DNA from: Candidatus Nanosyncoccus sp.
GTDB taxonomy: Bacteria > Patescibacteriota > Saccharimonadia > Saccharimonadales > Saccharimonadaceae
NCBI GenBank assembly: GCA_045640685.1
Contig: JAZUFO010000003.1
Coordinates: 79,947-143,946, forward strand
DNA length: 64,000 nt
Direction of reading: 5' to 3'
A model generated the notes under the pieces. The model had not been told where the DNA came from and did no database searches. It worked only from the letters and a program-made list of their open reading frames with translations. The position numbers and the translations under genes were made by a program. Positions 54,459 through 62,986 of the stretch are shown here, one piece after another (position 1 is the stretch's first letter; every line of letters starts with the position of its first letter).

Positions 54459-54473
54459 TAAAATGCAAAAATA

Positions 54474-54482
54474 TGATATAAT
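54474..54482 (+). promoter_or_regulatory. Extended -10 (TGATATAAT) for ORF 54533
   Basis: Followed by a ~45-nt leader with a CGTCC/GGACG hairpin and a GGAGGG RBS. Confidence 0.5.
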
Positions 54483-54532
54483 ATAAAAACGTCCTTTTCG
54501 GACGAATCGTACTTTTCAATGGAGGGTTATAT

Positions 54533-54976
54533 ATGGCAAAGACAAAACTTAGGACCAAGAGGACAACCAGAAGAACAGAGATGCAAATTAGTCACCTCGA
54601 GCAAGTTCAGGATTTCTTGGACACAGAGTATGCAGAAGCTGAAGAAATGTCAGAAGAAGTTACAGCAGACGCGGCGCTCTTAGAAGATGCTAAAATTGCC
54701 AATAAAACGGCCATGACGGAGCTCAGAAGCAATCGTCACCGCAAGCACTCGTCATCGCTCAAGGATCAGCAGAAAGCTTCAAGAGCTAAAAAGGCCTTAA
54801 AGGAAAAGAAGGGCTACGAAACAATCACCACAAAGAAAGGTGAACGTAAAACCTTCAACCAGAAAACAGAATACAAAGGTAAGAAGGTAGCATTCGATCG
54901 CAACGCAAATCGTAAGGAAACAAAAGATGAAATTGCGAAAATCGAAGTAGGCGGACTTAAACCGGAATTCTGCTAG
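54533..54976 (+). CDS. Highly basic/charged protein (147 aa), function unknown
   Basis: Good RBS, K/R/E-rich, no recognisable motif. Confidence 0.5.
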   Translation: MAKTKLRTKRTTRRTEMQISHLEQVQDFLDTEYAEAEEMSEEVTADAALLEDAKIANKTAMTELRSNRHRKHSSSLKDQQKASRAKKALKEKKGYETITTKKGERKTFNQKTEYKGKKVAFDRNANRKETKDEIAKIEVGGLKPEFC

Positions 54977-54993
54977 TAAAAATTAAATAACCC

Positions 54994-55028
54994 AAAAAAT
55001 TAGGCGAAACATTGTTTCGCCTTTTTTC
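54994..55028. terminator. Bidirectional terminator
   Basis: AGGCGAAAC-ATT-GTTTCGCCT flanked by A6 and T6. Confidence 0.75.
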
Positions 55029-55037
55029 TTTCAACTC

Positions 55038-55112
55038 TGGTGCGGGTATGGAGAGTCGAACTCCAATCTCATCCTTGGGAAGGATACATAATAGCCGTTA
55101 TACGATACCCGC
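55038..55112 (-). tRNA. tRNA-Gly (anticodon CCC), CCA encoded
   Basis: rc reads GCGGGTA..TATCC-TTCCCAA-GGATG..GGAGTTCGACTCTCC..TACCCGC-A-CCA. Confidence 0.85.
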
Positions 55113-55128
55113 TCGCATTCGTATTATA

Positions 55129-56136
55129 TCATACCTCTTCGAGCGTAATGTATTCTTTAATTCCCTCTTCGTTTTTAACACGTTCAAAGCGTTCATCGAA
55201 CTTCTTGAACGGAACAAATAATGAGACAAAATTAACCTCTGTTGCAGTTTTGTTTACAAGCTTAACGAAGTAATAACCATCGCCATTGATCGATACAAAA
55301 CGTCCGCTCTGCTCACCAACTTCAAGCTTTGTCGCCTCCGTCGCGCGTCCACCATCAATATTCTTATTATTAACAAGCCCGCCAGTCTCCTCGTAGTTCA
55401 CTTTTTCACCAAGTTGCTCTGCAACCTTTCTAAAATCACCGCCGTTTTCGCCCAAGATTTTTTCAATCTCTTTTGCAGTCGCATTAGCTTCATCATCCAT
55501 CGCCATCATCACACGTGCCTTAACTAAATTCAAATACAACATTCTTTCATATTCACCCTTAGATAAACCAAAGTTATCTCTCAAAACTTTCAAAAAGCCC
55601 TCTTCGTTTCGATCCACGCCACCAATTTGACGATGACGATCAAATTCGCTTGCAATTTCATCTTTAGAAACCTCAACATTGTATTCTTTTGCAAGTTTCA
55701 AGGCAAAAGCATTCTCCTCAGCATTAGAAAGTGCAGTACGTTTATATTTGTTCTTAACGTATTCACGATCACTTTCATTTCCGAGACTATCGGTCTTCTC
55801 TTCAGTAGACAAAATACTACTGCGATAAAGTAACAAATAATCCGAAAAACGCACATCTTGCCCATCAACATTAGCAACAGAAACCGGCAAGAATGAAGTT
55901 ACGCGATACAAAATTTCATCAGTCATTTGGAACTTATAAAGCGCCAACCAACCGCCAATCATCAAGAGGGTAAAAGCCACAAAAGCAATCAAAACAGTAT
56001 TAACAACAATGCGGCGTTTAGTGTATTGAAGAGGATATTTAAATTTGCGTCCTTGTGCGAGAACTTCCTCGCGGCGCTCCTCCACCTTTTCAAGATCAGT
56101 TTTCTTTTCGTCCTTCTTAGACTTCAATAGTTTCAT
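55129..56136 (-). CDS. Membrane-anchored SurA/PrsA-like foldase (parvulin-like C-terminal domain)
   Basis: N-terminal TM, a SurA-N-like helical region, then GGDFRKVAEQLGE...GGLV...GDGYYFVKL. Confidence 0.5.
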   Translation of the reverse strand: MKLLKSKKDEKKTDLEKVEERREEVLAQGRKFKYPLQYTKRRIVVNTVLIAFVAFTLLMIGGWLALYKFQMTDEILYRVTSFLPVSVANVDGQDVRFSDYLLLYRSSILSTEEKTDSLGNESDREYVKNKYKRTALSNAEENAFALKLAKEYNVEVSKDEIASEFDRHRQIGGVDRNEEGFLKVLRDNFGLSKGEYERMLYLNLVKARVMMAMDDEANATAKEIEKILGENGGDFRKVAEQLGEKVNYEETGGLVNNKNIDGGRATEATKLEVGEQSGRFVSINGDGYYFVKLVNKTATEVNFVSLFVPFKKFDERFERVKNEEGIKEYITLEEV

Positions 56137-56151
56137 GTTATAATTATAACA
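56136..56151. promoter_or_regulatory. 16-bp perfect palindrome TGTTATAATTATAACA giving overlapping extended -10 elements on both strands
   Basis: The plus-strand element (56136-56144) faces tRNA-Arg. The minus-strand element (56143-56151) lies 6 nt from ATG 56136. Confidence 0.5.
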
Positions 56152-56169
56152 TACATATTACATAACATT

Positions 56170-56245
56170 GGCCTGGTAGCTCAATGGATAGAGCAATTCC
56201 GTCCTAAGGAAGAGGTTGTGAGTTCGACTCTCACCCGGGTCACCA
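56170..56245 (+). tRNA. tRNA-Arg (anticodon CCU), CCA encoded
   Basis: GGCCTGG-TA-GCTC-AATGGATA-GAGC, anticodon loop GTCCTAA, T arm GTGAG-TTCGACT-CTCAC, CCGGGTC-A-CCA (two G-U pairs in the acceptor stem). Confidence 0.8.
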
Positions 56246-56268
56246 AATAATAAAGTGGTGGCAATAAA

Positions 56269-57522
56269 TTGAGAAAAAAGCAAAAAACAAGCGAAATAAG
56301 TGTTCATAAATTTGCATTTCTTTCTGCATGTTTTATTTTCTGTATCACCATCCTGCTTAGCATAGGTTATGCCGTTTTTACTGAATCTCTCGAAATCACA
56401 GGAGAAGCAACAGTGCGAGCGGAATCACCTATCCGATTCATTGAAAATTCCCTTAGTTCTCTCAATAACGGTGGCATCGAAAAAGCCACGTCGAAATACA
56501 CAGTAGACACTATAACTCATCACATCGACTTGCCAAATTGCGATTCAACCGCATCCTATAACGTCGTGATAAAAAACAACAACAATTTTCCAATCGCTAT
56601 CAAATCTCTCAACAAAGAAAGTTGGAACAATCCGAATATCGATTTTGAAATCATCGGATACAACCTCAATCAACAAACAATCGCTCCAAACAGTACAGTT
56701 CCCTTCGAGATTAAATTCAGCAATTCACTCTGCGGAAGCGAAACCACAAAACTTGATTCAATTCTTAAATTTGAATTAATAGAAGTATTAGAAGTTAACT
56801 ATTCAGACACACTGGCACTATTTTCAACCGGAAACAACCCAGGAACAGTTCTAGATGGCAATACTATCACCGCAACTTTTTCTGGCCTCGATGATTCTCT
56901 AATTGCAGCAAAAATCAACAACACTGAACTTGTTAGCGGAATGACTTACAACAACATTAACGGCGAACCTTCACTATTTACAGTTGAAAACGGCGTAGCA
57001 ACCCTAACAAACGTCCACAATGATGTTATGCTTTTTGCAAAGCTAAAAGAAGAAGCCACAACAAACAGCGAAATAGGAATTAAAATCGAATGGGTTAAAG
57101 AGGACGAGGTTATCGTCTCGCTTAATGGCACAACAACAAAAGAAGCCTACATAAGAGTTTCAGAAGACGATCTAAAAATTGGCAAAACCGCCGCAGAGCT
57201 TTACGATGCCAAATACGCCAACAACGCATTTAAAACCGGCCAAGAAGTATACATTTCATTCGAACCAATCAATGGACACGCAACACTAACACAAGCCTTC
57301 ACAATCAAACTGCGCAATACCACAAAGAGCTGTTCCGCCCTCTCAACCGCTGAGCTTATCGACCAGCATGCAAAAAAGAATTTCGACATCAATGAGCCAG
57401 CAATTAATACCGGCGTACTAACCGCCAACGCCGCAAGATACGTCAGCGTTTACTCGGCTGCAGGCAACACATTCGAAGATTTCAAATTCAAAATTAAATT
57501 CGGTCTAACGAGTGATTTGTAA
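56269..57522 (+). CDS. Signal-anchored secreted protein, function unknown (TTG start)
   Basis: N-terminal TM FAFLSACFIFCITILLSIGYAVF followed by beta-rich sequence. Confidence 0.55.
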   Translation: MRKKQKTSEISVHKFAFLSACFIFCITILLSIGYAVFTESLEITGEATVRAESPIRFIENSLSSLNNGGIEKATSKYTVDTITHHIDLPNCDSTASYNVVIKNNNNFPIAIKSLNKESWNNPNIDFEIIGYNLNQQTIAPNSTVPFEIKFSNSLCGSETTKLDSILKFELIEVLEVNYSDTLALFSTGNNPGTVLDGNTITATFSGLDDSLIAAKINNTELVSGMTYNNINGEPSLFTVENGVATLTNVHNDVMLFAKLKEEATTNSEIGIKIEWVKEDEVIVSLNGTTTKEAYIRVSEDDLKIGKTAAELYDAKYANNAFKTGQEVYISFEPINGHATLTQAFTIKLRNTTKSCSALSTAELIDQHAKKNFDINEPAINTGVLTANAARYVSVYSAAGNTFEDFKFKIKFGLTSDL

Positions 57523-57550
57523 AAAATGTGTTCTATATTAAAATAAAAAT

Positions 57551-58072
57551 ATGAACCAAGAAATAGAACTCGAACTCACATTTTTAGCAAAAGAAATACC
57601 AGCAGAAATTAAAGACACAAACCCGATTCAAGTTAAAGACATTTATATCCCGGACATTCCAGAACATTCGCATCTTCGTTTACGTAAAAAAGGTAACAAA
57701 TACGAAATCACCAAAAAACATCCAGCAGCAGAAGATGACGTTTCCATACAAATAGAAAATACCATCCCCCTCACAGAAGACGAATACAATGTACTCTCAA
57801 CTGTTAGCAACAAAAGCGTAACCAAAAATCGTTATTCAGTTCCCTACAGCAACGCAAAAATGGAAGTAGATGTTTTTACAGAAAAACTATCTGGTCTCGT
57901 TCTTATCGATTTCGAATTCAAAACCGTTGAAGAAAAAAATAATTTCGTCGTTCCAGATTTTGCTTTAGTCGAAGTAACTCCAGAAGAATTTGTTGCTGGC
58001 GGCATGTTAGCCGGCAAAAGCTATGAAGATATCGAAGACGAGCTAAAACGTTTCGACTACAAAAAGTTATAA
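57551..58072 (+). CDS. CYTH-domain (triphosphate tunnel metalloenzyme) protein
   Basis: N-terminal ExExK-type IELELTFL and LRLRKKGNKYEITKK. Confidence 0.6.
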   Translation: MNQEIELELTFLAKEIPAEIKDTNPIQVKDIYIPDIPEHSHLRLRKKGNKYEITKKHPAAEDDVSIQIENTIPLTEDEYNVLSTVSNKSVTKNRYSVPYSNAKMEVDVFTEKLSGLVLIDFEFKTVEEKNNFVVPDFALVEVTPEEFVAGGMLAGKSYEDIEDELKRFDYKKL

Positions 58073-58080
58073 AAACTACA

Positions 58081-58111
58081 AAAAATAGCTCAGAACACCT
58101 GAGCTATTTTT
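58081..58111 (+). terminator. Intrinsic terminator after the CYTH gene
   Basis: AATAGCTCAG-AACAC-CTGAGCTATT followed by TTT. Confidence 0.75.
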
Positions 58112-58173
58112 AAATCACTATCTCCTAAAATGAATCCCACAAACAAAATAGCAGCACAAAGCTACTATTTTAT

Positions 58174-58828
58174 AAAAAAAAGACTCCCCGATTTTGCGTA
58201 TAATCAAATGCGCAAAACCGGGGATATAAATTACTAATCAATATCTAGAATACAAGGCCACCAAAGCTTAATTTCTCAAACCCTAATGTTTCGACCAAAA
58301 TCCTGAAACTTCAAGCAACACTTTTCCTAAAATTATCTCAAGTTGAGTCTAATTCTAAAATCCATATTTACTTAGCAAAACAACGAGTCTCCTACTACTG
58401 CGTAAAGAACAGTAATAAAACATGTCACCCAGCCGAAGCCAAATCAATTCTCCAAGAAACATCCGCTATTCAAGGATTCCCCAAATAGTTTCCTTTCCTC
58501 TTCAAAAGGCAGCATTCCCAAATACTATTTCACGATTCAAACAGGCCTTTACTTCCTATTTAAAAACATAAAACAACATTTGTTTCAGTACACAAAAGAA
58601 TCTTTTTCCTCTGTGCCATCACTAGAACATCCCGCTATCCGGTTCCAAAACCGACATATCACCTATCTATTTCCCTCACCCGAACGGATCATGACCCCGC
58701 CGAACTACTCAGACCATAAAGTCGTTAACTCTATGATACAAAACAGAAACATCAATAAATGACTTCCTTCAAACGTTAGTAATTTAAATGTCCTATAGAA
58801 CTTTGAAGTATTACCTCTCATGTCCTAC
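58174..58828 (-). ncRNA. Candidate ~650-nt noncoding (or small-peptide) RNA of unknown family
   Basis: Has its own promoter (58835-58863) and a strong terminator (58186-58223 plus U8). No ORF of 60 aa or more on this strand. G+U-rich, C-poor RNA with several local hairpins and internal near-repeats. Confidence 0.5.
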
Positions 58829-58834
58829 ACCTCC

Positions 58835-58863
58835 ACAATATCATAGCATAAGCATAATGTCAA
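58835..58863 (-). promoter_or_regulatory. Promoter TTGACA-N14-TGA-TATTGT (overlapping alternative TGCTATGAT at 58840-58848)
   Basis: rc of TGTCAA at 58858-58863 and of ACAATATCA at 58835-58843. Confidence 0.55.
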
Positions 58864-58874
58864 TACATAAAATG

Positions 58875-58902
58875 AAAAAACCACCAGATTTTGGTGGTTT
58901 TT
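58875..58902. terminator. Bidirectional terminator after ORF 58932-59516
   Basis: AAAAAACCACCA-GATT-TTGGTGGTTTTT. Confidence 0.75.
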
Positions 58903-58931
58903 AAATTTTGCCTTATTCAGTTTTCAGAGTA

Positions 58932-59516
58932 TTATCCCGAAGTGTTGCAAAATCGCAAGACTGTATTATCCCAAAGTGTTGCAAAATCACAACCCTTTGT
59001 TTCGTCAACGCAAATATTAAGGACGTATTCAGTCGCCGTCTGGTTAATACTAAACCTTCCGTCGACCAATGTACCAACCGATACTTTAATCATGCCATCA
59101 TATTGATAGCTAGTATCAAAGATTTCATCGACGAGACAGATATGAAAATATCTCGCCTTGTTACGCGCAACGATCTTTGGCATAGAGCCCGCCGAGAATG
59201 TCGCTGGATAATAATCAGGATCCTTGAACCAACGGTTAATATCAAAATCCTGCTTAGTTCCAAAAGCAAACTCAAAGCCGTTCTTGTCTGGCTTATCAAC
59301 CCATTCGCTGACAACCACGATCCAATCATTTTTAAGATCGCTCAACATCGGTATGCTTTCGTAAACTCTATGCATAATTCTAACATCCTTGTTCTTATAT
59401 GCATTGAGATATAAAGCATCGCTACGTATGTCCTCTGCGGAGAACGGTAATGCACTTTCATCCTGCAACTCATAATTCTGAGCGCACTTTGTTGAATAAA
59501 TATAAGGTACTTGCAT
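58932..59516 (-). CDS. Orphan cytoplasmic protein (194 aa), no recognisable family
   Basis: ATG 59516 has a GGAGG RBS. The gene has its own promoter and terminator. Confidence 0.6.
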   Translation of the reverse strand: MQVPYIYSTKCAQNYELQDESALPFSAEDIRSDALYLNAYKNKDVRIMHRVYESIPMLSDLKNDWIVVVSEWVDKPDKNGFEFAFGTKQDFDINRWFKDPDYYPATFSAGSMPKIVARNKARYFHICLVDEIFDTSYQYDGMIKVSVGTLVDGRFSINQTATEYVLNICVDETKGCDFATLWDNTVLRFCNTSG

Positions 59517-59562
59517 TTTTCCTCCTTCTAACAAAAAACAAAATTTTTAATGTGCTTCCAAT

Positions 59563-59571
59563 ATTATATCA
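59563..59571 (-). promoter_or_regulatory. Extended -10 (TGATATAAT) for ORF 58932-59516
   Basis: rc of ATTATATCA. Confidence 0.5.
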
Positions 59572-59602
59572 TAAAACAGCTAAAAATTCCACATTCCTCC
59601 CC

Positions 59603-59638
59603 AATAAAATAATCCCAACCATAACGATTGGGATTATT
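59603..59638 (-). terminator. Intrinsic terminator after ndk
   Basis: 11-bp stem AATAATCCCAA / TTGGGATTATT. Confidence 0.65.
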
Positions 59639-59658
59639 GAATAACTTTTTTATCCTAA

Positions 59659-60174
59659 TTAACGAGTATATTTTTCGTTAAGATCAGAGTAATCGTAAAG
59701 CTCGTTTTCATTGAACCAAAGATTGATTTCTTGGTTTGCTTCTTCGATAGAGCCAGAAGCGTGGACCAAGTTAGGAACACCAGTTCCCTTTGCATCTGAA
59801 TAACCAAAGCTCATGTGTGAGAAATCACCACGGATGGTACCCATTTCTGCAGATTTTGGTTCGGTTGGGCCAACGATCTTACGAACGAGTGGTTGTGCTT
59901 CAACACCTTCAAGAACCATAGCAATAACTGGACCAGTCATCATGTATTCAACGTTGTAACGGAAAGCTTGTTCACCACGGCGAGTAATCATTTTACCAAT
60001 ATCTTCATAGTGTTTGCGGTAAAGTGCCTCGTTTGGCATAACCATCTTCATACCAACAATCTTAAGACCAACACGTTCAAAGCGTTGAACGACTTCGCCA
60101 ATAATACCGCGTTGAACCGTATCAGGTTTCAAAACGACAAGCGTACGTTGGATATAATCTTTTGTAGTAGCCAT
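59659..60174 (-). CDS. ndk: Nucleoside diphosphate kinase
   Basis: RTLVVLKPD, GPVIAMVLEG, NLVHASGS (active-site His). Confidence 0.9.
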   Translation of the reverse strand: MATTKDYIQRTLVVLKPDTVQRGIIGEVVQRFERVGLKIVGMKMVMPNEALYRKHYEDIGKMITRRGEQAFRYNVEYMMTGPVIAMVLEGVEAQPLVRKIVGPTEPKSAEMGTIRGDFSHMSFGYSDAKGTGVPNLVHASGSIEEANQEINLWFNENELYDYSDLNEKYTR

Positions 60175-60196
60175 CTATTCTCCTTTATTTTTTCAC

Positions 60197-60205
60197 ATTA
60201 TAACA
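60197..60205 (-). promoter_or_regulatory. Extended -10 (TGTTATAAT) for ndk
   Basis: Followed by an AAGGAG RBS. Confidence 0.5.
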
Positions 60206-60277
60206 TACAAACAATCAATAAAAAACGACTAGCATTTTAAAGATAACCAAGCCTCCCCCATATATACATTATCCTTA

Positions 60278-60286
60278 TGCTATAAT
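60278..60286 (+). promoter_or_regulatory. Extended -10 (TGCTATAAT) 6 nt from ATG 60293 (leaderless layout)
   Basis: Read directly from the sequence. Confidence 0.5.
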
Positions 60287-60292
60287 AACGAT

Positions 60293-61225
60293 ATGTATGT
60301 TTCCGAACTAGTCGAAGATTTTCTAGAGCATCTCGAAATCGAATCCGGTCGTTCCAAAAAAACGATCGAAAATTACCGACTCTATCTTTATCGTTTCGTC
60401 GAAATCACAACGGAAATTTTAGACAGAGATTTAAAGCCAAGTGATATTAATCTCGAACTCTTACGTAAATATCGCCTAAAACTCAATCGCTACGAATCGC
60501 CACAAAATGAAAACCTTGCTGTCATCACACAGTCATATCACCTTATCGCGCTTCGTGGTTTTCTGAAATATCTTGCTCGTCGCGAAATAAAATCTCTCGA
60601 CCCTTCCCTCATCGATCTCCCGCATGTCATTCGAAAACAAGTTACGTTTTTGCATTTTGATGAAGTCGAGGACATGCTAAACGAAATCGATCTTTCAACC
60701 GAATCAGGTCTTCGCGATCGTGCGATTATCGAACTGTTATATTCTGGCGGCCTCCGCGTTTCCGAACTCATCAATCTAAATCGCGATTCGATCAATCTAG
60801 AACGCCGCGAATTTATGGTGCGTGGTAAAGGTGGCAAAGATCGCCCAATCTTTATTTCAGAATCAGCCGCCGACCGCGTCGCCGAATATCTTGGCGAACG
60901 CAACGATTCCCTCCCAGCATTATTTCTAAACAACAGCAAAAACCTTCAATCCGTAGACACATCAGGCAATTACCGCCGCCTAACACCGCGTTCCGTCGAA
61001 AGAATTGTTCAAAAATACGCCCGTCTCGCCGGCATCACAAAACACGTCAGTCCACATACCCTAAGACATTCCTTCGCAACGGATCTCCTCATGAATGGCG
61101 CAGATCTACGCTCCGTTCAGTCACTACTTGGCCACGCCGACGTTTCAACCACTCAAATCTACACCCACGTCACAGACCAACACCTCAAAGAGGTCCACGA
61201 CAGATTCCATTCCGAAACAAACTAA
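60293..61225 (+). CDS. xerC: Tyrosine site-specific recombinase XerC/XerD family
   Basis: R..HTLRHSFAT..LLGH..Y catalytic signature and an N-terminal SAM-like domain. Confidence 0.85.
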   Translation: MYVSELVEDFLEHLEIESGRSKKTIENYRLYLYRFVEITTEILDRDLKPSDINLELLRKYRLKLNRYESPQNENLAVITQSYHLIALRGFLKYLARREIKSLDPSLIDLPHVIRKQVTFLHFDEVEDMLNEIDLSTESGLRDRAIIELLYSGGLRVSELINLNRDSINLERREFMVRGKGGKDRPIFISESAADRVAEYLGERNDSLPALFLNNSKNLQSVDTSGNYRRLTPRSVERIVQKYARLAGITKHVSPHTLRHSFATDLLMNGADLRSVQSLLGHADVSTTQIYTHVTDQHLKEVHDRFHSETN

Positions 61226-61253
61226 AAAAACACCTCCGAAGAGGTGTTTTTTT
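61224..61253. terminator. Bidirectional terminator
   Basis: AAAAAAACACCTC-CGAA-GAGGTGTTTTTTT. Confidence 0.75.
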
Positions 61254-62088
61254 AACTATCACCACTAGCGTCTGGGTTATAAAGGCGAATAACGGTTGAA
61301 GTTTGTGTCGGAGTTTCACTATCATTTGCATGCCAACAAGAGCGAATATAAAAATCGTAATATTTCCCTTCCGAATCTTTCACAGCAATTACATAAATGC
61401 CATCAGCAGATTGCAAATTCTGGTATGTATTAGTAAACACACCCTCATCTTCGTTCAAATATTTATCATCATTATCCGTAAACATTAAACGAGGGTAAAG
61501 AGTTGTTGGCTGGAATGCAATCGTCGAATATTGACCAGATTCATCCTTAACCGCCTTAAAGCCATTCTTTCTATAGTCATCAGCCCAGTAAACAACTTTA
61601 TCAACAGGAATTTTTTCCACTACTGTCAAATGCCCCATATCATCATAAGGAACCTTTTCAACAAACAAATTACGATAATTCAAGATAAAACCCTTATCCC
61701 AAATTTCAGCTACGCCATACGTATCGTCAGATTCATACATTTTTTCACAAGACTCAGGACGAAAATTCTGACTTCTATCTACAAATTCCGTCTTTTGATT
61801 AAAGTCACTTAAATCATAAGCTTTTTTAGCTATTTCCGTCCAAACATCGGCATAAATTTGTTGTTGCGCTGAATAATAACGCTCGGCCTCATAAGCAGAC
61901 TGGATAAAACGAAGCGCCTCAGCTTGCGAATCGATTTCAGAGCGAGTCATAGTAAGCTCAAGATCTTGCTGAATCCTTTTCGTGCCACGGTTCATAAGAC
62001 TAAGCGAGCTCATCACAACCATAGAAAAAATACCGACAGCAAACATAACTTCAACAAGTGTGTCGCCAGTAAATCTCCTAATCTTCAT
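61252..62088 (-). CDS. Type IV pilus minor pilin / pseudopilin-like protein
   Basis: N-terminal RRFTGDTLVEVMFAVGIFSMVVMS is prepilin-like: a Gly, then Glu at +5, then a hydrophobic helix. Confidence 0.55.
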   Translation of the reverse strand: MKIRRFTGDTLVEVMFAVGIFSMVVMSSLSLMNRGTKRIQQDLELTMTRSEIDSQAEALRFIQSAYEAERYYSAQQQIYADVWTEIAKKAYDLSDFNQKTEFVDRSQNFRPESCEKMYESDDTYGVAEIWDKGFILNYRNLFVEKVPYDDMGHLTVVEKIPVDKVVYWADDYRKNGFKAVKDESGQYSTIAFQPTTLYPRLMFTDNDDKYLNEDEGVFTNTYQNLQSADGIYVIAVKDSEGKYYDFYIRSCWHANDSETPTQTSTVIRLYNPDASGDS

Positions 62089-62111
62089 GCTTATATTTTA
62101 CCATAACAATT

Positions 62112-62897
62112 TTAATAAAGTAAGCCATTTAAAAACTCGGCAAACGTATAAACAATCACAAAAGCGCAAGCAAGAAACGGACCAAAATAAATTTTCACAC
62201 CCCTCTTCCCTTTTGTCATTGGTAACATCACCAACGTGCCCAAGAAATTGGCGATAAACAAAACGAAAAGCGAAAGCCAAGGATTTCCAACCACAACCCC
62301 AATCATAATTCCAAGCAACCAGTCACCATCACCAACCCATTTTCCGCCAGAAACAAAATACAAAACCAAATACAAAATTCCCAACACGCCCATTCCGCCA
62401 ATGCCATTCCAAAAAACTAACAAATCAAAATTAGAAACAAAGAGACGAACAGCAAAAACCCCAGCAGCAAGCACTAGTCCAATCCAAATCATAAATCCCG
62501 GAAGCTCACCCCACTTACCATCATAAATTGCCAAAAAACCAAGAACAATCGTGAGTAAAACAACAAGGCCATTAATTGCCCATTCATACCAAGTTGCATT
62601 AAAATTAACCGTCGTAGCAATTCCTAAAAATGCTGCACCCATTAAAATTTCAGCCAAAATCTCGGCACAACCAATTTTTTTCTTACAATAGCGACATTTT
62701 CCACGCAAAAAAATCCACGAAAAAATCGGAATATTATCAAACCATTCCAAACGTTTTTTGCACGACAAACAAACAGACCATTTACCCAAACTTTTCTTTT
62801 TCTCTGTTTTATATCTCAGTCTCCAAGCCTGACACGCCAAAAAGGAACCCATCACGGCACCCAAGATAAACATCAACACATAAAACGCTATTCTCAT
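62112..62897 (-). CDS. pilD: Prepilin peptidase (A24 family)
   Basis: CLSCKKRLEWFDNIPIFSWIFLRGKCRYCKKKI plus a polytopic C-terminal domain. Confidence 0.85.
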   Translation of the reverse strand: MRIAFYVLMFILGAVMGSFLACQAWRLRYKTEKKKSLGKWSVCLSCKKRLEWFDNIPIFSWIFLRGKCRYCKKKIGCAEILAEILMGAAFLGIATTVNFNATWYEWAINGLVVLLTIVLGFLAIYDGKWGELPGFMIWIGLVLAAGVFAVRLFVSNFDLLVFWNGIGGMGVLGILYLVLYFVSGGKWVGDGDWLLGIMIGVVVGNPWLSLFVLFIANFLGTLVMLPMTKGKRGVKIYFGPFLACAFVIVYTFAEFLNGLLY

Positions 62898-62986
62898 TTC
62901 TTATATATTACCATAAACATCTTGCATTCAAGAGATTTTTAGTATATATTTAAACCAGTAAAAGCTATTTTTATGAAAGGATAATA

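Noticed and set aside
58174-58828. Identification of the long RNA as RNase P RNA, tmRNA, SRP RNA or 6S RNA
   Set aside because: GAGGAAAGGAAAC superficially resembles the RNase P P4 strand GAGGAAAGUCC. However, the partner ACAGAA..CCGGCUUA-type element and the correct motif order are missing. There is no tRNA-like 3' end or tag ORF for tmRNA, and no SRP domain IV motif. The length is also wrong for 6S or SRP.
58174-58828. CsrB-like GGA-motif sponge RNA
   Set aside because: I counted about 20 GGA triplets by eye. For a G/A-rich 650-nt sequence that is only modestly above expectation. Most are not in the hairpin loops I could see.
58174-59516. Type III toxin-antitoxin (ToxIN-like: repeat RNA plus ~190-aa endoribonuclease)
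   Set aside because: The RNA is not a tandem array of about 36-nt units. The gene order (protein first, separate promoters) is opposite to ToxIN, and the protein shows no motif I can tie to ToxN/AbiQ.
60538-60939. 133-aa minus-strand ORF (Arg/Ser-rich)
   Set aside because: It is antisense to the clearly recognisable xerC-family recombinase and has shadow-ORF composition. The same applies to 31033-31257 (antisense to rpsT) and 15320-15805/15423-15791 (antisense to the 1290-aa gene).
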